DNA from: an uncultured virus (IMG/VR IMGVR_UViG_3300031772_000008)
Lineage: Duplodnaviria > Heunggongvirae > Uroviricota > Caudoviricetes
Virus record (IMG/VR): IMGVR_UViG_3300031772_000008
Strand: one strand, 5' to 3'
Length of the DNA: 64,000 bases
The notes beneath the pieces were generated by a model that searched no databases, was not told the DNA's origin, and saw nothing but the letters and a program-made list of their open reading frames with translations. The position numbers and the translations under genes are program-made. This document shows, piece after piece, positions 59,691 to 64,000 of this stretch (the first letter of the stretch is position 1; the number at the start of each line of letters is the position of its first letter).

Positions 59691-60313
59691 TTAACAAACA
59701 TCCAGCCTTGTGTGCCTTCTTGATACATATGGTCGCGTGGTCCTGCTGTTCCAAGAATAAACCACGGGCGAATCTTGAAATGATATAGATAAGCTGGAAC
59801 AACATCTCTCACGGCATTCTGAACATTGTTGCGCGGAGTTCTCTTAAAGTCATGCCCGAATACAATTCCTCCTGGTCTTACTTTCTTCGGCCATTCGAAT
59901 ACATCATTGGCGATATTCTTCCAATCGTGACCGGCATCAATATACACAAAATCCAACGACTCATCATCGAAGTCTTTGAGCGCATCCATGCTGAACTTCT
60001 CTATAAACACACAGTCGTATGGAGCAAGTACCTGTTCGGCTTTTCGCTTTTCAATTTGCAGGCTCTTTGTGAAATCAATATATCCTGGGTAGAAATTCCA
60101 ATAATCCACGCAGTACAGATGTAGTCCTGGTATATTCTCGCACAAACATTGCGCGTGATTACCCCGTTGTACTCCTATTTCAGCACCCACCTTGAATCCT
60201 AACTCGTTCAATGTCTGTGCCATGATAGGACGATTGATATTGAATATCTCGATAGGAGGCTTACGAGTAACGTCTATGTTGAACTTCTGCCCAATATATT
60301 CAAGCGTGTTCAT
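59684..60313 (-). CDS. Class I SAM-dependent (sugar O-)methyltransferase (paralog of 56138..56743)
   Basis: GAEIGV, DFVYIDAGH, GGIVFGHDF. Confidence 0.88.
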   Translation of the reverse strand: MNTLEYIGQKFNIDVTRKPPIEIFNINRPIMAQTLNELGFKVGAEIGVQRGNHAQCLCENIPGLHLYCVDYWNFYPGYIDFTKSLQIEKRKAEQVLAPYDCVFIEKFSMDALKDFDDESLDFVYIDAGHDWKNIANDVFEWPKKVRPGGIVFGHDFKRTPRNNVQNAVRDVVPAYLYHFKIRPWFILGTAGPRDHMYQEGTQGWMFVKC

Positions 60314-61178
60314 ATAATATCTCCTTCCAATTCTCAGGCCATGTTGGCATACCTGGAAACTTCTCGTCCACGAACCATTCAAATTTGTGAATCATATTGG
60401 GTTCTCTATTGTGTACCCAATGGTCGGCAGAGTAGTTATGTCCAGCAACGATCTCTCGCATATTCGCTGAGTACATTCTCCCGTATGTCTTTCCTTTATG
60501 GAGGTGACAGTAATATGTTTTCTTATTGATTTTTACTGATCCGCCACCCAACCAAACTTTCAATCCTATTTCTTGGAATTCTTGAGAAAATGTGCCGTAT
60601 CCGACTTCACTCAAGCCATGAAGAAAGTTATCAAAATAAGATTTATTCATAAACCAACAACTTCCTTGCGTGCTTGCCTCATCATCAATATCATATTTTG
60701 GGTCGCGTCGTTCCTTGCATCTACTCCACCATTCAACCCCATGCATACCTCTGTCATGTCCTTTGTTAGGGTCTGGATAGCATAGGTAATGATAATCTCT
60801 GACTTTCCCGTTGTTCTCTATCTGCCAATTCTCAACATCCAATGAATAACGCCTCGGAATTACAACCCAGTTATCATCACAGTCTGCTTTCAGGACTTCA
60901 TCGTACCCCTCCGCAAACATACAGTGAGCGTCTGTTTTCATCAGGTATTTACCTTTAGCAATTGCAGCCGCGCCGTTTATGGCTGCTCTCATCCCCATAG
61001 ACTGCCCTCGGTGAAGTTGTATCAACCTCTTATCTGGAATTAGTGGAGGGTCAGGCCAATATCCGTCGAGAACCGCGATACACTCTACCGAACCAGTGGC
61101 TTTTGACAATACATCCGTAATGGTTTTTTGTAGGAAGGTTTCATTTCTTGCTGGAATTATTATAGATACGTCAGGCAT
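60300..61178 (-). CDS. Glycosyltransferase family 2 (paralog of the 54409..56136 N-domain)
   Basis: VSIIIPARNE, MKTDAH, QGSCWFM, KVWLGGG. Confidence 0.88.
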   Translation of the reverse strand: MPDVSIIIPARNETFLQKTITDVLSKATGSVECIAVLDGYWPDPPLIPDKRLIQLHRGQSMGMRAAINGAAAIAKGKYLMKTDAHCMFAEGYDEVLKADCDDNWVVIPRRYSLDVENWQIENNGKVRDYHYLCYPDPNKGHDRGMHGVEWWSRCKERRDPKYDIDDEASTQGSCWFMNKSYFDNFLHGLSEVGYGTFSQEFQEIGLKVWLGGGSVKINKKTYYCHLHKGKTYGRMYSANMREIVAGHNYSADHWVHNREPNMIHKFEWFVDEKFPGMPTWPENWKEILYEHA

Positions 61179-62091
61179 ATATTATTTCCCTTTCTTTGAA
61201 ATATTCTACGGTACGCGCTAATCCTTGTCGCAAAGAGATAATTGGACGCCAACCTAATTCTTTTGCGCGTTGAGCATCTAAATATATCTTGAATGTCTCT
61301 CCATCCTTAGCATCACCGTATATTGCTGGCTTGGTATATCCGATAAGGTCGCTCAATTTATGAAATATATTATTTACCGTTGTTCCATCTCCATAGCCAA
61401 GATTGTATACTTGCCTGCTGCCCTGCTCTAGTAACATCAAATTGAATCGGGCGCAATCCGTAACATATACAAAGTCACGCATTTGATTACCATTACCATT
61501 GATTGTCACCTGCTCGTCCCGTAGCATCTGTCCAGTAAATATAGCGATCACACCAGCCTCTCCATATGGGTCTTGACGTGGACCGTAAACATTTGGGTAT
61601 CGAATAGCAGAATAATCCAAGTATTCACTAAACACATCCAGATATAACTCGAAGGCGTATTTGCTTACCCCATAATGACACAGTGGTTTTATCGGATGCT
61701 TCTCGTCACAAGGTAGATATTTAGGTTCACCATAGACAGCACCGCTAGATATATGGATGAACTTCCTCGCGCCGTATTTTATTGCTAGTTGAGCTAGTTT
61801 TATTAAGCCAATGATGTTCACATCTGCATCAAACAAGGGGTCACTCATCGACTTACGCGTGCTCATTTGTGCCGCGTGATTACATATTACTTCTGGTTTT
61901 TCGTATGCGAATATCTGTTCCATGTATGGACTTCGAATATCCATCTCGTAGAATACAGCATGTGGATTTATGTTTGAACGTCGTCCTGTGGATAGGTCGT
62001 CTACTACGATGACATCGTGTCCTGCTTCTATGAATACGTCAGTAACATGCGACCCGATGAAGCCAGCGCCACCAGTGACCATTATCTTCAT
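61171..62091 (-). CDS. NAD-dependent epimerase/dehydratase (UDP-glucose 4-epimerase-like)
   Basis: TGGAGFIGSH, YGVSK, RYPNVYGPRQ, RDFVYV.D. Confidence 0.92.
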   Translation of the reverse strand: MKIMVTGGAGFIGSHVTDVFIEAGHDVIVVDDLSTGRRSNINPHAVFYEMDIRSPYMEQIFAYEKPEVICNHAAQMSTRKSMSDPLFDADVNIIGLIKLAQLAIKYGARKFIHISSGAVYGEPKYLPCDEKHPIKPLCHYGVSKYAFELYLDVFSEYLDYSAIRYPNVYGPRQDPYGEAGVIAIFTGQMLRDEQVTINGNGNQMRDFVYVTDCARFNLMLLEQGSRQVYNLGYGDGTTVNNIFHKLSDLIGYTKPAIYGDAKDGETFKIYLDAQRAKELGWRPIISLRQGLARTVEYFKEREIIYA

Positions 62092-62164
62092 AAATCATTC
62101 TCCGATACAAAAAATACCAGAGCAACCTGGTATGGTATAAATAAGTGTATTCATCTATATTATA

Positions 62165-62491
62165 TCATTCCCTTCTGAGTTGTTGTATGAACATCGCCAT
62201 CGCACTTAACGCGAATGGAAGGCTGACAAAAAATGTCACTTTTTGGTTGCAAATCAAGAGGATAGTGAATAATATCCCGAACCATGTAGAAGAACATACT
62301 AAACACAGTATCCCAGACGCGATAGAACCACGTTTATATACTGGGTCTGAGAACTGGTCGTACTTAACCCCCGCTTTCATTCGTATCCAGTCTAACATAC
62401 CGAACGGCCCACTCTGTTCTGTATCCGCGAGCATATTCGATATTCTCCAAACAGCTAACGGCATTGTTAATATAGACAGGATGGTGTACAT
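62165..62491 (-). CDS. Small membrane protein (DUF1360-like)
   Basis: LAVWRI...GPF..L..IR...LC..C.S.W; two or three TM segments. Confidence 0.65.
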   Translation of the reverse strand: MYTILSILTMPLAVWRISNMLADTEQSGPFGMLDWIRMKAGVKYDQFSDPVYKRGSIASGILCLVCSSTWFGILFTILLICNQKVTFFVSLPFALSAMAMFIQQLRRE

Positions 62492-64000
62492 TACATTCCA
62501 GACGACTTCAATGCACTATCGTAAATAACCGCAGCCCTTTTTGCTCCTATGCCTTCAATAGATTGTAATCCTTCTACCCCTAATTCAACAATATCGTTCC
62601 ATGTTTTGACGCCTTTTTTCAATAATATATCTGAAATATTATCTGTTATTCCTGGCAGACTTTGAAAGTCAGGCAGTTTCAATATATCTATCGATGGTGG
62701 CGCAAGTCCTTCCGGTGCATTTGCGGGATTTGTTTTTACAAAATCCAATTCTTTCGGAGCATTAACTTCTACCGGAGGAGGAGTAGAGACTGGTTCGCTA
62801 ACTGTCATGTTAGGTACTGGTTGAGTGAACGGAATGAACCATCCAGGATGAGTTGCGATATCAGACCTATGAACATAGAATCTCTCCATTCCTCCACCTG
62901 CTCTATATCCGTAGTTTATCTTTGTAGACGCCCCAAATACATTGTGCATTCCACGATTTGGATTCTCGTAAGTGATTAATATCATATCATCGTCTACCAT
63001 TGATTTGGTTTCTTGCATGGTTCGTAAAGGTACAGTAATTTGTTTCTTATTTCCACCACAACTTCTGCATGGCATAGTTTCTACTCCTTCCAATTTCTTG
63101 GTAATATAATTCAATAGTTTTTGTGGCATTTGTATGCCTGTTTCTCTTCGACCTCCGGTATAAAACCTATACGCTACCATTGGTTTTGATAAACGTGCGA
63201 AACACTTTCCGTTACGTGCCATCCTGATCCAGTATTCCCAATCTTCCCACGATGGCATGTTCTCATCAAATCCACCTATCTCATCATGCCACGCTTTAGG
63301 GATTAATGTGGTAATAAGATTCCATATATATAAAGGATTAGCAGGTTGAATACAGGCTCTCTCGCAGTCGTAATCACCCGCATAAGATAAATGCATCGCG
63401 AGACCATCTTCTGGATTATAATCCAAAAGTCTATTACTATTCTTGAGTCTTTCAGCCTCTTCTTGAGTTATAAATGCCTTACTGACGTAATCTGTATAAA
63501 CTCCCATGCCTGTTTCGTTCCATCCAGCAACCATACTCTCAAGCGCATCGGGAACTAAAAAGTTATCATCAGCGTCTAGGAATGTTATCAGTCCAGCACG
63601 CGCTTTCTCAACCCCTCTGTTTCTCGCATAACCTGAGCCTTTCTTTCCAGATGTTTTGATTAATTTCACATAAGGATAGGCTGTTAATATGTCTGGAACA
63701 CCATCGTACGTCCATCCGCCCTCTTCACCTGTATCATCTACCAATATAACTTCCCACTTCCTTAGTGTTTGACTTTCAATACTATCTAAGGCATTAATAG
63801 TATGAGGCTTATGCCCCGGCCCTACAGGAATTATGACACTCACTATGGGGTCATCGTATTGTCTTACTGGATGAGTAAGTCTATTGTTCATGGGTGTTGC
63901 AACACATAGAAATGGGTGAAGCTGGTCTTTCGTGGAAGGATGTAACTCTCTCCAGTTTATTTCTCTATATGCTCTGTCTCCACTCACCCTACCGCTCTTG
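62491..64000 (-). CDS. GT2 glycosyltransferase fused to a CxxC/HhH domain (probably truncated by the window edge)
   Basis: VSVIIP, FLDADD, GGFDE..WEDWE; C-terminal IEGIGAKRA HhH; frame open to 64000. Confidence 0.85.
   Translation of the reverse strand, partial: KSGRVSGDRAYREINWRELHPSTKDQLHPFLCVATPMNNRLTHPVRQYDDPIVSVIIPVGPGHKPHTINALDSIESQTLRKWEVILVDDTGEEGGWTYDGVPDILTAYPYVKLIKTSGKKGSGYARNRGVEKARAGLITFLDADDNFLVPDALESMVAGWNETGMGVYTDYVSKAFITQEEAERLKNSNRLLDYNPEDGLAMHLSYAGDYDCERACIQPANPLYIWNLITTLIPKAWHDEIGGFDENMPSWEDWEYWIRMARNGKCFARLSKPMVAYRFYTGGRRETGIQMPQKLLNYITKKLEGVETMPCRSCGGNKKQITVPLRTMQETKSMVDDDMILITYENPNRGMHNVFGASTKINYGYRAGGGMERFYVHRSDIATHPGWFIPFTQPVPNMTVSEPVSTPPPVEVNAPKELDFVKTNPANAPEGLAPPSIDILKLPDFQSLPGITDNISDILLKKGVKTWNDIVELGVEGLQSIEGIGAKRAAVIYDSALKSSGM

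Larger units (their letters stand above)
1..64000. mobile_element. Bacteriophage genome segment (Caudoviricetes, long-tailed)
   Basis: Tape measure, tail chaperone and tail genes, holin/GH25 lysin, ERF, DnaB, HNH nucleases, orphan MTases and dense small ORFs. No host housekeeping genes. Capsid, terminase and integrase not seen in the window. Confidence 0.95.

Noticed and set aside
1..64000. Alternative genetic code (stop codon reassignment)
   Set aside because: Long genes are intact in the standard code, and TAA, TAG and TGA all terminate tightly packed genes.

Overview
This window is a segment of a large tailed dsDNA phage (long tape measure protein, siphovirus-like). No rRNA or host housekeeping genes are present. 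The host is possibly Chloroflexota, inferred from an AGAAC-N4-GTTCT LexA-type box and a PT-repeat sortase-like protein. From about 1 to 27.9 kb lie early, replication and accessory genes: primase, DnaB helicase, ERF recombinase, a replication initiator with an internal origin-like repeat, 3 DNA methyltransferases, 3 HNH nucleases, a DegT aminotransferase, many small ORFs and several structured non-coding RNA candidates. From about 27.9 to 64 kb the minus strand carries the late region: a glycan biosynthesis cluster, virion and tail genes (interrupted by a 4th HNH on the plus strand), and lysis genes (holin, GH25 endolysin, papain-like peptidase). Main observations: (1) a candidate virion glycosylation system, with a GmhA/HddA/HAD heptose pathway, an epimerase, 5 glycosyltransferase genes and 2 O-methyltransferases directly upstream of mucin-like (Ser-Pro-Ser-Val/Ile)n structural proteins; (2) three copies of a promoter-proximal RNA leader with interleaved A-B-C-A'-B'-C' helices, two directly in front of HNH genes; (3) a tRNA-like RNA with an expanded anticodon domain, a large GAAA-hairpin ncRNA before the helicase operon, and an anti-Shine-Dalgarno sRNA; (4) a +1 tail chaperone frameshift. 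All calls come from reading motifs by eye; no database searches or folding programs were run.
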